Assembly (NCBI GenBank): GCA_017481595.1 | Contig: JAFUOY010000022.1 | Location: 40,713 to 104,712 of the forward strand | Direction of reading: 5' to 3' | Origin: Clostridia bacterium | GTDB taxonomy: Bacteria > Bacillota > Clostridia > Oscillospirales > CAG-272 | DNA: 64,000 nucleotides | Shown: one piece after another, positions 39,398 through 47,636 of the stretch | How positions within the stretch are numbered: the first letter of the stretch is position 1 | Layout of the letters: each line of letters opens with the position of its first letter | The notes under the pieces: generated by a model | The model's input: the letters and a program-made list of their open reading frames with translations, nothing else | Databases searched by the model: none | Told to the model about the DNA's origin: nothing | Translations under genes and position numbers: made by a program

Positions 39398-39811
39398 ATG
39401 AAAAGACTTCTATCACTCACCCTTGCGCTGCTGATGATATGCAGTATGTGCATCTTCACCGTTTCCTGCGGTGAAACCAACGAAAAAATGCTTTATACCG
39501 AGGATACTACCCTTGGTACGGGAGCAAAAACCATTACCTTTAACGTAGAGCATAAGGATGGAACGAAAATCAAGTTCACCATCAAAACGGACAAATCCCT
39601 GCTTTCCGACGCTCTTTTGGAGCATAGCCTTATAGAAGGGGAAAACGGTGACTTTGGCATTTACGTAAAAAAGGTAAACGGTATAACCCAGGATTATGAT
39701 ATTGATAAATCCTATTGGGCATTGTACATAGACGGTGAGTACGCTCTTACAGGAGCATATTCCACCGAAATAACCGACGGCGGAGAATATACCTTCAAGG
39801 TATCTTACTGA
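39398..39811 (+). CDS. DUF4430 (transcobalamin-like) lipoprotein
   Basis: The start is MKRLLSLTLALLMICSMCIFTVSCG (lipobox), after GAGGAAG. DUF4430-like blocks include WALYIDGEYA. Confidence 0.7.
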   Translation: MKRLLSLTLALLMICSMCIFTVSCGETNEKMLYTEDTTLGTGAKTITFNVEHKDGTKIKFTIKTDKSLLSDALLEHSLIEGENGDFGIYVKKVNGITQDYDIDKSYWALYIDGEYALTGAYSTEITDGGEYTFKVSY

Positions 39812-39892
39812 TAAAAAAGAGGACGGAGTAAAGGGCTGTACTCTTAAGGACAGTTTTAAGTTCAATAGAATATAGTACCTACCGACAGGAAA

Positions 39893-39930
39893 AGGACAGA
39901 GAATGTTTTTACATTCTCTGTCCTCTTTTC
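39893..39930. terminator. bidirectional intrinsic terminator
   Basis: Perfect 14-bp stem AGGACAGAGAATGT-TTTT-ACATTCTCTGTCCT with A- and T-rich flanks. A near copy lies at 26196-26232. Confidence 0.8.
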
Positions 39931-39941
39931 TTGACAAGAAC

Positions 39942-40171
39942 TGCATTTGTAGACACAAATGCATATAGTGAAATATTTTGCTTTGCAAAATGTGAAATAA
40001 TGTTCTGTCGAACATTGTGAAATATCTCGCTCTGCTCGATGTGAAATGAAATAAATCCCCTCACGCCCGCAGGCATTTCACTCGCTGAAAGCGAATTTCA
40101 CACACGAAGTGCATTTCACAAATCCCGTAAGGGATTTATTTCGTTGCGTAGTGTCCTTAAGGGCACTACGC
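39942..40171. repeat. word-hairpin array A (GTGAAAT x4 / ATTTCAC x3-4 with interleaved unique mini-hairpins)
   Basis: Direct reading of the sequence; see findings for coordinates. Confidence 0.8.
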
Positions 40172-40201
40172 TAAAATCCGTCCTCTTTCTATTTGTAAGT
40201 T

Positions 40202-41791
40202 TTATTCCTCAGTGTAACTGCCCCAAGCCTTGTTCCACTCCGCTATTGTTTCAAGAGCTGCGGGAGACCTTTTTTCGTAGTACTCATCAAAGTTGTTTTT
40301 GTAGTTAGCGTATGTACCGAAAAGAGAGAAAAGGCTACCCCAGCCTACCGCTTCACCCGGATCATATGAAATATTCGGTATGATATAATCGGTTAACATT
40401 TCAATATCCTTATCGGAGGAAAAGCCCGTTTTCAAGATTTTGATATATTCCTTCATAACGTATTCTTCACCCGTCCAGAAAAGTACGTCCATAAAGTAAT
40501 CTGACATGTTTCTGTCCTGTGTTATTTTTGGAATACACATAGCGACGGACATCTGTGTTGAGCAAGGAACACGGTATCTGCCTTGCTCCTCATTAAGCAT
40601 AGGAAACGGAACTATTCCTTTATCCTCCAACTGATCAGAATAACTTAAGGTGTCACTTAAAAACAAGATCTTGTCTTTTTTAAATCCGTCTGCATCGTTG
40701 GGACCCCAACTTCCGTATCCACTATAATCCTTGTACCAATTTGCTTTGCTTGTATAGATTATAGCGTCAATAATACCGTCAACGTTTTCATCATTTGTTA
40801 TAAGCTCCCATTCACCTGTAGCCTTATTCACTCCCCCTCGGGTAACGTCAAAAAAGTTGAAAAACCGATCTGATGAATAATTGCGAAGTCCATGCACGTA
40901 TCTGAATCTATCTTCGCTATCGCCGTTGTCGGAATATACAGCCTCACAGTAGCCAACTAACTTGTCATAGGTCCATTTGCCTTCCTTTACTAATTTATAA
41001 AGGTCCTCAATGCCGTTTTCACTTACTTCACCCATAAGATTTTTATTAACGTAAAGCAAGTATGCCGTATGCTTTTCTAAATTGGAAAAGCTACCTGTTA
41101 CAAAGAAGGTGTGACCGTATGCTGTGTAGGCTTCTACAGAATTATCATTGTAATATGAATTTCTGAAATCTATAAATTCTCTGTCTGCAAGGTCGTATAC
41201 GTATCCGCCCGCAACGATTGCTTGCACGTTCATCATACGGGGAGCGGCAAGGTCGTAGTAGATGTTTTTCGCAAGGGTTGCTTCTTCAAGCGCTTTGGGC
41301 ATACCCGCCTTGGTAGCGTTTATCCAATTAACCTTAACACCGTACGTGTTTTCAATAAACTCGTTACGGTCGAGAACTGCCTGCTGGATCTGAACGCCGA
41401 ATTTGGCATCGTTTTCCTCAGTGATAAAAACCTCAGGCATTGCCCATGGCGCACCCGTAGCATACCACGTGGAGCAGGCAACGTTAAGCGTCTTACCGTT
41501 CCAAGTATCTCTTACGTCATTTTTGGATGACCAAATAACTTTGGGGCCTTTTGTAGAAGGAGCTTCAGTTGTAGGAACTTCAGTTGTAGGAGCTTCTGTT
41601 GTTGGAGCCTCGGTAGTAGGCGCTTCTGTTGTAGGGGTCTCGGTTGTTGGCGCTTCAGTTGTAGGAATCTCCGTAGTAGGAGTCTTAGTTGTTGGCGCTT
41701 CCGTAGTTGTGGACTCATCATTTCCACCGCAGGAGGCAAGTACGGACGTCAGCATAAGTAACACTAACAATATTGACATTAATTTTTTCAT
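40202..41791 (-). CDS. solute-binding-protein-like lipoprotein with PTTEA linker (orphan, no adjacent permease)
   Basis: The signal peptide and lipobox match the 15346 gene. The mature part resembles large family-1 ABC sugar-binding lipoproteins, but the family call is tentative. Confidence 0.5.
   Translation of the reverse strand: MKKLMSILLVLLMLTSVLASCGGNDESTTTEAPTTKTPTTEIPTTEAPTTETPTTEAPTTEAPTTEAPTTEVPTTEAPSTKGPKVIWSSKNDVRDTWNGKTLNVACSTWYATGAPWAMPEVFITEENDAKFGVQIQQAVLDRNEFIENTYGVKVNWINATKAGMPKALEEATLAKNIYYDLAAPRMMNVQAIVAGGYVYDLADREFIDFRNSYYNDNSVEAYTAYGHTFFVTGSFSNLEKHTAYLLYVNKNLMGEVSENGIEDLYKLVKEGKWTYDKLVGYCEAVYSDNGDSEDRFRYVHGLRNYSSDRFFNFFDVTRGGVNKATGEWELITNDENVDGIIDAIIYTSKANWYKDYSGYGSWGPNDADGFKKDKILFLSDTLSYSDQLEDKGIVPFPMLNEEQGRYRVPCSTQMSVAMCIPKITQDRNMSDYFMDVLFWTGEEYVMKEYIKILKTGFSSDKDIEMLTDYIIPNISYDPGEAVGWGSLFSLFGTYANYKNNFDEYYEKRSPAALETIAEWNKAWGSYTEE
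41561..41710 (-). repeat. tandem 15-nt repeat encoding (PTT[EK][ATIV])x10 linker
   Basis: Direct reading of the sequence. The plus-strand ORF 41403-41816 is a shadow. Confidence 0.9.
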
Positions 41792-41855
41792 AATTTGTCC
41801 TCCTTTTTCAAAATAAAACTATTATAATGTCTTTATAATACATCTATCTAATTAG

Positions 41856-41884
41856 ATTCTATCACATCAAAGCGAATATGTCAA
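41856..41884 (-). promoter_or_regulatory. sigma-A type promoter (right copy of the duplicated cassette)
   Basis: Minus strand reads TTGACA (41884-41879), 17-nt spacer, TAGAAT (41861-41856). It is identical to 15252-15280. Confidence 0.65.
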
Positions 41885-41967
41885 TAGATTTTTTCTAAAA
41901 TATAAAAACAGACTGTCGCTTAAGACAGTCTGTTTTGGTCTGTGCTAATTGCAACGACCTCTTTTAT

Positions 41968-42876
41968 TTATAATACAAATAATTTAACAGCCTTAATGGC
42001 GGTGCCCTTTTCGTACTCCTTTACCTTGCCGAGGGCAAAGAAGCCGTTTTTATCCCACATTGTTACAAAAGTATCCACAGGGTAGGCGGTTTTTATCTTT
42101 TCCTGATAAATTTCGCATCCGCTTTTTGCAAGACGGGTATAAAAATCTGGTAAAACAACCTTTTCACAATCGGTAAAAAGGGACTCCGTCGGCATTAAAA
42201 GAGAGCATCTTTCCTCGTAGCTCATTTTATCAAGCTCATCTATCGTATAGGAGCTATCAATGGAAAAATTACCGCTTTTCGTTCTTAAAAGGCCACTCAT
42301 TGCGGCGCCGCAGCCTAAATACGCGCCAATATCTGCGCAAAGGGTACGGATGTAGGTTCCCTTGGAGCAACGGACAAGCAGGGTGTATCTTCCGCTTTTT
42401 TCATCCACCTCACGGGGGATAATTGAAAAAATACGGATATCTCTTGCCTCTCGCTCTATCTCGATGCCCTCCCTTGCAAGATCGCATAGCTTTTTGCCGT
42501 TTACCTTTAATGCGCTGTACATAGGGGGTATCTGCTTTATATCGCCCAAAAATTTCGTACAAGATTCAAAAAACTCATTTTTTGTGGGGAGGGTGTCGCA
42601 TTTTGTCAGAATATTACCGCTTGTATCCTCTGTATCGGTAGTGATTCCAAGCTGAATTTCTGCAAGATATTCCTTGTCCTCCGCGGTAAGATATTCCGCT
42701 GCCTTTGCGGCTCTGCCGATAAGAATAGGCAAAACACCCTCTGCCATAGGGTCAAGAGTGCCCGTATGTCCTACCTTTTTGGTGCAAAAAAGCTTTCTTA
42801 TCTTGAATACTATATCGTGGGAGGTAACGCCCTTATGCTTGTTTACGATAATTACACCGTTTAATTCATCAGCCAT
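41968..42876 (-). CDS. truB: tRNA pseudouridine(55) synthase
   Basis: KHKGVTSHDIV and GHTGTLDPMAEGVLPI motifs. Confidence 0.9.
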   Translation of the reverse strand: MADELNGVIIVNKHKGVTSHDIVFKIRKLFCTKKVGHTGTLDPMAEGVLPILIGRAAKAAEYLTAEDKEYLAEIQLGITTDTEDTSGNILTKCDTLPTKNEFFESCTKFLGDIKQIPPMYSALKVNGKKLCDLAREGIEIEREARDIRIFSIIPREVDEKSGRYTLLVRCSKGTYIRTLCADIGAYLGCGAAMSGLLRTKSGNFSIDSSYTIDELDKMSYEERCSLLMPTESLFTDCEKVVLPDFYTRLAKSGCEIYQEKIKTAYPVDTFVTMWDKNGFFALGKVKEYEKGTAIKAVKLFVL

Positions 42877-43846
42877 TTTTAACTATCTCCTCGGCAAAAA
42901 CGGAAATTATCTTTTCCTCCGCCTCTTTCGGTGATTCCGCGGTTACGGTGCATCCTGCGGCGCGTATATGTCCGCCTCCGCCAAGCTTAGCGCAAAGCAT
43001 AGATACGTCTACGTCCTTGTTTGATCTTGAGGAAACGGAAAACTTGTTTTCATTCTTGGAGGATTGCTTTATGGATATAGCGACCGAAACCCCCTCAATT
43101 TGTCTTATGTGGTTTACAATATCTCCGATATCCTCATCGGTAACGTTGTTTTTTTGCTTCATTTCATTTGTAAACGAAATTATTGCAAGCTTGCCGTCAC
43201 ATTTTAACTGCATATTCTGATATGTAAGCTTTTCAGCCTCTATTTCACCTATGGTCTTGGAGTCAAATATAAGCCTGTTTATCTCCGCATAGTCAATATC
43301 CCTGCTTACAAGGGAGGATGCAATAATATGGGTCTCGTCCGTTACGTTTGAGTATTTAAAGCATCCCGTATCACCGGAAATGCCTGCGTAAATAGCCTCA
43401 AAAAAGTTCTTTGGCATATCGTCAAGAATACCAAGAGCCTCACCTATTTTGTATATTATCTGGGCGCAGGCGGCGGAATTTTCCATATAAAAATCGGAAA
43501 AGCGGGTGCTCATTGCGTGGTGGTCAATAGTCATATCCACCTTGTCGCAAAGCTTATCAAGCTCACCCATCTGGGATGGGGAAGCAACGTCAACGCAGAA
43601 CACCCTGCCGTATTCGGAAAAATCACCGTTATAGTAAATTTCCTTGCCATCCGTCATAAAGGAAAGCCTTGCGGGGAGCTTTTCTGAGCAAAGAATAGCC
43701 GTATCTGAGCCAAAATGCTCAAGAATACAGGAAAGTCCAACTGCAGAGCCTATGCAGTCGGGATCGGGGTTTTTGTGGCATACGATAGCAGTTTTACAGG
43801 GGGTGCTGACTCTTTTTAATACCTCGGAAAACTCTATATTATTCAT
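42869..43846 (-). CDS. nrnA: DHH-family phosphoesterase (NrnA-like oligoribonuclease/pAp phosphatase)
   Basis: DHH and DHHA1 blocks are present (HKNPDPDCIGS, DHH, GGGHIRAAG). The start is ambiguous among the TTG/ATG codons at 43864-43846. Confidence 0.8.
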   Translation of the reverse strand: MNNIEFSEVLKRVSTPCKTAIVCHKNPDPDCIGSAVGLSCILEHFGSDTAILCSEKLPARLSFMTDGKEIYYNGDFSEYGRVFCVDVASPSQMGELDKLCDKVDMTIDHHAMSTRFSDFYMENSAACAQIIYKIGEALGILDDMPKNFFEAIYAGISGDTGCFKYSNVTDETHIIASSLVSRDIDYAEINRLIFDSKTIGEIEAEKLTYQNMQLKCDGKLAIISFTNEMKQKNNVTDEDIGDIVNHIRQIEGVSVAISIKQSSKNENKFSVSSRSNKDVDVSMLCAKLGGGGHIRAAGCTVTAESPKEAEEKIISVFAEEIVKNG

Positions 43847-44207
43847 TTTCATCCTCATCCTCAAAGGGCTTTATGTCAAGTCCCTTGAGTATCTTTGAAA
43901 TATTCGCGCCGTACTCCGCAGAGGAATCGTAAACGAAGGTAAGATTTGGAGTGATTCTTAAATTGATCCTCTTTGCCAGCTCGGAACGGAAAAACCCCGT
44001 GGCGTTTTTAAGCGCCTTTGCTATCTCAGCCTGATCTCCGCCGTATACGGAATAGAATATTTTTGCAAATTTAAGGTCTGCGCTTACGTCTGCGGCAGTG
44101 ATGGAAACAAGGGCCTCCGCAATTCTCGGGTCCTTAACGTCACGCATTATTTGAGCCATTTCTTCCTTTACGGCGTCATTTATTCTGTTTTGTCTGTATT
44201 TAGCCAT
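43839..44207 (-). CDS. rbfA: ribosome-binding factor A
   Basis: RINDAVKEEMAQI...DPRI...VSITAADVSADLKFAKIFYSV signature. Confidence 0.9.
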   Translation of the reverse strand: MAKYRQNRINDAVKEEMAQIMRDVKDPRIAEALVSITAADVSADLKFAKIFYSVYGGDQAEIAKALKNATGFFRSELAKRINLRITPNLTFVYDSSAEYGANISKILKGLDIKPFEDEDENE

Positions 44208-44356
44208 TTTTTATCCTTTCTTAGGGTTAAACAATATTTATCTATTATAAGTATAACACATATAATATCAAAATTCAAAGAAAAATTTTACATTACTTGA
44301 AAAAATATGAATTAAATGATATACTTAAATTAAATAACAGTATTCAAGGAGATAAA

Positions 44357-45718
44357 ATGGACATAATTTTAGTAGTATTAAACGTAATTTTAATCGCCCT
44401 TGTTTCCCTTCTTATCGTTCTTACCTTGAAAAATAAAAAAAGCGGTATCGACGAGGAAGCAAAGGGAGAAATAAGAAAGGCGGTCTCCTCATCCGTAAAC
44501 GAAATGGGCGCAATGCTTCTTACGGGAATAAATAATGCAAACAGTAGTTATGGGGCAGGAGTTGAAAGGGAAATAACCAAGCTTACGGATAATATGAACA
44601 AGCTTACGGAGTCACAGGCAAAGAGTCATATAGAAATGCTTAACACCCTTAATAATTCCTTTAAGGATATTATGCAGTTAAACGCCCAAAGCAATGAAGC
44701 CATTGCAAAGGGTATAAAGGAAAAATTAGAGGACTTTGCAAAGACCCTTTCCGCTCTTATCGAAAAAATCAATAACGACGTAAAGGAAAATCTTGCCGCC
44801 ATCCGCAAGGAAAATGCGGAAAAGCTTGAAAATATTCAAAAGACCGTTGACGAAAAGCTTGAAAAGACCCTTAACACAAGGCTTCAGCAGTCCTTTGAAA
44901 GTGTAATTAAGCAGATCGGTGAGGTAAATAACGCCATTGGCGAGATCAAGGGACTTGCCAAGGACGTAGGCTCCCTTAACAAGGTGCTTTCAAACGTAAA
45001 GATAAAGGGTATCGTTGGTGAGGTGATTCTCGGTAATATTATAAGCGAGATTCTTACCAATGAGCAATACGAGGAAAATAAGGTAACTAAGGACGGCTCC
45101 CACGATCCCGTTGAATTTGCCATTAAGATGCCGGGAAATGAAACGGCAGTCTATCTGCCCATCGACTCCAAATTCCCTCTTGAGAGCTATACAAGGCTTA
45201 AGGAGGCAATGGAGGAGTGCGATAAGGAAAAGATAGAAGCGTCCAAGAAGGAACTTAAGCAGAATCTTAAAAGGTTTGCAAAGGATATTCACGATAAGTA
45301 TATCGATCCGCCAAACACCACGGACTTTGCAATTATGTTCCTCCCCATTGAGGGACTTTACGTAGAGGCTATCGATATGGGACTTTTCGAGGAGCTTCAG
45401 AAGGATTATAAGGTAAATATTGCAGGGCCCTCCACTCTTACCGCCCTCTTAAACGCCCTTCAGATGGGCTTCAAGACCTTGGCTATTCAAAAGAGGTCAA
45501 GCGAGGTATTCGTTCTTCTTTCCGCGGTAAAGACCGAGTTTGAAAAATTTGCGGGAATACTTGAAAAGGCGAATAAGAAGGTCGAGGAGGCAAGCCGTGA
45601 GCTTAGCAATCTTGCAGGAACAAGAACGAGAGCAATTCAAAGAAAATTAAGAGATATCTCAACCCTTCCCGACGGTGAGGCGGCGGAGATATTGGATATA
45701 GAAAATAAGGAGGAATAA
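44357..45718 (+). CDS. rmuC: DNA recombination protein RmuC
   Basis: N-terminal TM helix, long coiled coil, and the C-terminal RmuC block PDFAIMFLPIEGLY. The start is ATG 44357, after AAGGAG. Confidence 0.85.
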   Translation: MDIILVVLNVILIALVSLLIVLTLKNKKSGIDEEAKGEIRKAVSSSVNEMGAMLLTGINNANSSYGAGVEREITKLTDNMNKLTESQAKSHIEMLNTLNNSFKDIMQLNAQSNEAIAKGIKEKLEDFAKTLSALIEKINNDVKENLAAIRKENAEKLENIQKTVDEKLEKTLNTRLQQSFESVIKQIGEVNNAIGEIKGLAKDVGSLNKVLSNVKIKGIVGEVILGNIISEILTNEQYEENKVTKDGSHDPVEFAIKMPGNETAVYLPIDSKFPLESYTRLKEAMEECDKEKIEASKKELKQNLKRFAKDIHDKYIDPPNTTDFAIMFLPIEGLYVEAIDMGLFEELQKDYKVNIAGPSTLTALLNALQMGFKTLAIQKRSSEVFVLLSAVKTEFEKFAGILEKANKKVEEASRELSNLAGTRTRAIQRKLRDISTLPDGEAAEILDIENKEE

Positions 45719-45720
45719 TT

Positions 45721-46032
45721 ATGAGTAACGCTTTGATTCTTACAAAGGACAATTTTGAAAACGAGGTTTTAAACAGCGATAAGACCGTGCTTATAGACTT
45801 TTACGCTGTATGGTGCGGACCCTGTAAAATGCTTTCTCCCGTAATTGATAAGATCGCGGCGGAAAACCCTGATATCAAGGTTTGCAAGGTAAACGTAGAC
45901 GAGGAAGAAGAGCTTGCAGCCAAGTTCCAGGTAAGCAGCATTCCGTCCCTTTTCGTTGTAAAAAACAAGACCATAGTTGCGGAAAGAGTAGGCTTTGCGC
46001 CTCAGGCAGAAATTGAAAAAATGCTTAAATAA
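45721..46032 (+). CDS. trxA: thioredoxin
   Basis: WCGPCK active site in a 103-aa protein. Confidence 0.92.
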   Translation: MSNALILTKDNFENEVLNSDKTVLIDFYAVWCGPCKMLSPVIDKIAAENPDIKVCKVNVDEEEELAAKFQVSSIPSLFVVKNKTIVAERVGFAPQAEIEKMLK

Positions 46033-46041
46033 TTATAGCAA

Positions 46042-46080
46042 AAATCGGTTGGAGATAAAGCTCTCCAACCGATTTGATTT
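46042..46080 (+). terminator. intrinsic terminator
   Basis: 13-bp stem AAATCGGTTGGAG / CTCCAACCGATTT. Confidence 0.75.
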
Positions 46081-46128
46081 TGTTTGAATTTTTATAATTA
46101 CGAATATATGAACATATGTTAATATATT

Positions 46129-46158
46129 AAAAAAGCCTTGGTTTTCAAGGCTTTTTTG
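46129..46158. terminator. bidirectional intrinsic terminator
   Basis: AAAAGCCTTG-GTTTT-CAAGGCTTTT. Confidence 0.8.
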
Positions 46159-46163
46159 TATTT

Positions 46164-47633
46164 TTAATCGGGAATTACACGGTAAGCGCCGTCTGTGTGC
46201 ATATGGTACGCATCGGTCCTTGTGTAGTGATCCTTAAGCTGGGTAAGATGGGAAACAAGTATCCATACAACGTCCTTTTTGGTAAAGTATTTAAGTATAC
46301 CGTAAAGGCCCGTTGCGCCCTCGTCGTAGGCGGTGGTCTGGAAGGTTTCGTTTAATATGATAAGAGAGTTTTCCGTAAGGTTATCAACCATCTCCTTTAT
46401 CTCGCTCACCTCCTGCTCAAACCTACCCGCATCGTTACCCTGGGTAAACATTTTTTCTCCCTCGGAAAATTGGGTGTGGATGGATTTATAGGGGAAGATG
46501 CTGCATCTTCTGCAAGGCACGGGGAAGCCCGCCTGACCCAAAACCTGCATACAGGCAAGAGAGCGAAGAAATACGGTCTTACCGCTTCCGTTGCTACCGA
46601 AGATAAGAATGCCTTCCTTTTTATCGTCTACGGATATGGTGTTGGGTACTACCTTTTTGTGGCTCTGATCTCTGAATACAAGAAGCATATCGTAAAGCTC
46701 CTCGTAGTCAAATCCCTTTGAGTCGGTGATCTCGGGGAATACCGAAGGCGCGCCATAGTGGGTAAGCCTTGACATATATTTAAGACCGATCTCGTAAAAG
46801 TAAAGCTGATTGTATACGCCGATAAACTTTTTGTATACCTGCTCGCCCCAGCTTTCAAAGGCGGAGGAAAGCTCGGATAAGGCTCCGCTTACAATGTTGG
46901 AGTAAAACTCCGCATTGACGTCGGAAATAATAGCGTAGTTCTTTTCCTCCTCTTCCTTTGGCTTTTTAAAGAAGGAGAAAATACTCTTTGACTCCTGTAC
47001 GGCGTACTGCACGTAGGCGTCATCAATGGCGGAAACGGACTTGATCGCTCCGTCCTCATTTATTTCGATTTTGTAGTCCGTGTTTCTGTAAATAGAAAAG
47101 CCCTCGAACTTTGCGCAGAATTTCAACGCCTCGGGTACGTTTTCGTTGCAGGCAAGATCCGCTATCTCATCCCTTACGCGGATAAGTCCCTCGGATTTCA
47201 GCTCCGCTCCCTCCAGCACCTTGTTAAGCTCCCTTACGTAGAGAAGGGCTCTTTTTAAAAACAGGGCGTTCATCTGCAGCGTAGAGGTTACGATACCAAG
47301 GGAACCGCCCGAGCTTACTATACCGCCGTAAGCGGCGCTCTTTGATCTGGAGTGTGAATCTCTTGCGGTCTTGAAATTTTCAAAGGTGGCGTAAAGGGAT
47401 TTGAAAAGGTTGGGATTCTCTATAAAATCCTTAAAAATATCCTGTCGGAATTTTATATCCTCCGCCCTTGTCAATGGGTGGGTAAGAATATCAAAAAAAG
47501 TGTTCGCTCTGTTAAGGTCGGGGAAAAACAGCTGTAATGATTTGTCAAGGCACAAATGGTAAATGGCTCTTTTGTTCATATGTCCCGCGCATTCAAGTGT
47601 GCTCTCGTCCCTGTATAAAATATCAATATACAT
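46164..47633 (-). CDS. MutS domain-V family ATPase (no mismatch-binding or Smr domain), paralog 2
   Basis: Walker A is GSNGSGKT. The Walker B-like segment is LIILNETFQTT, followed by VSHLTQL. Confidence 0.7.
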   Translation of the reverse strand: MYIDILYRDESTLECAGHMNKRAIYHLCLDKSLQLFFPDLNRANTFFDILTHPLTRAEDIKFRQDIFKDFIENPNLFKSLYATFENFKTARDSHSRSKSAAYGGIVSSGGSLGIVTSTLQMNALFLKRALLYVRELNKVLEGAELKSEGLIRVRDEIADLACNENVPEALKFCAKFEGFSIYRNTDYKIEINEDGAIKSVSAIDDAYVQYAVQESKSIFSFFKKPKEEEEKNYAIISDVNAEFYSNIVSGALSELSSAFESWGEQVYKKFIGVYNQLYFYEIGLKYMSRLTHYGAPSVFPEITDSKGFDYEELYDMLLVFRDQSHKKVVPNTISVDDKKEGILIFGSNGSGKTVFLRSLACMQVLGQAGFPVPCRRCSIFPYKSIHTQFSEGEKMFTQGNDAGRFEQEVSEIKEMVDNLTENSLIILNETFQTTAYDEGATGLYGILKYFTKKDVVWILVSHLTQLKDHYTRTDAYHMHTDGAYRVIPD

Positions 47634-47636
47634 AAT

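Noticed and set aside
39103-39480. 125-aa minus-strand ORF across the nrdR to DUF4430 intergenic region
   Set aside because: It covers the riboswitch candidate and the DUF4430 start, and has no RBS or recognisable family. The region is better explained as plus-strand regulatory RNA.
39942-40171. Could the word arrays be degenerate CRISPR arrays?
   Set aside because: The repeated unit is only 7 nt. The 'spacers' are 11-18 nt and self-complementary. The words switch to reverse complement halfway through, and no cas genes are in the window.
41403-41816. 137-aa plus-strand ORF with VVGASVVG repeats
   Set aside because: This is the same shadow effect, over the PTTEA linker of the minus-strand lipoprotein gene.
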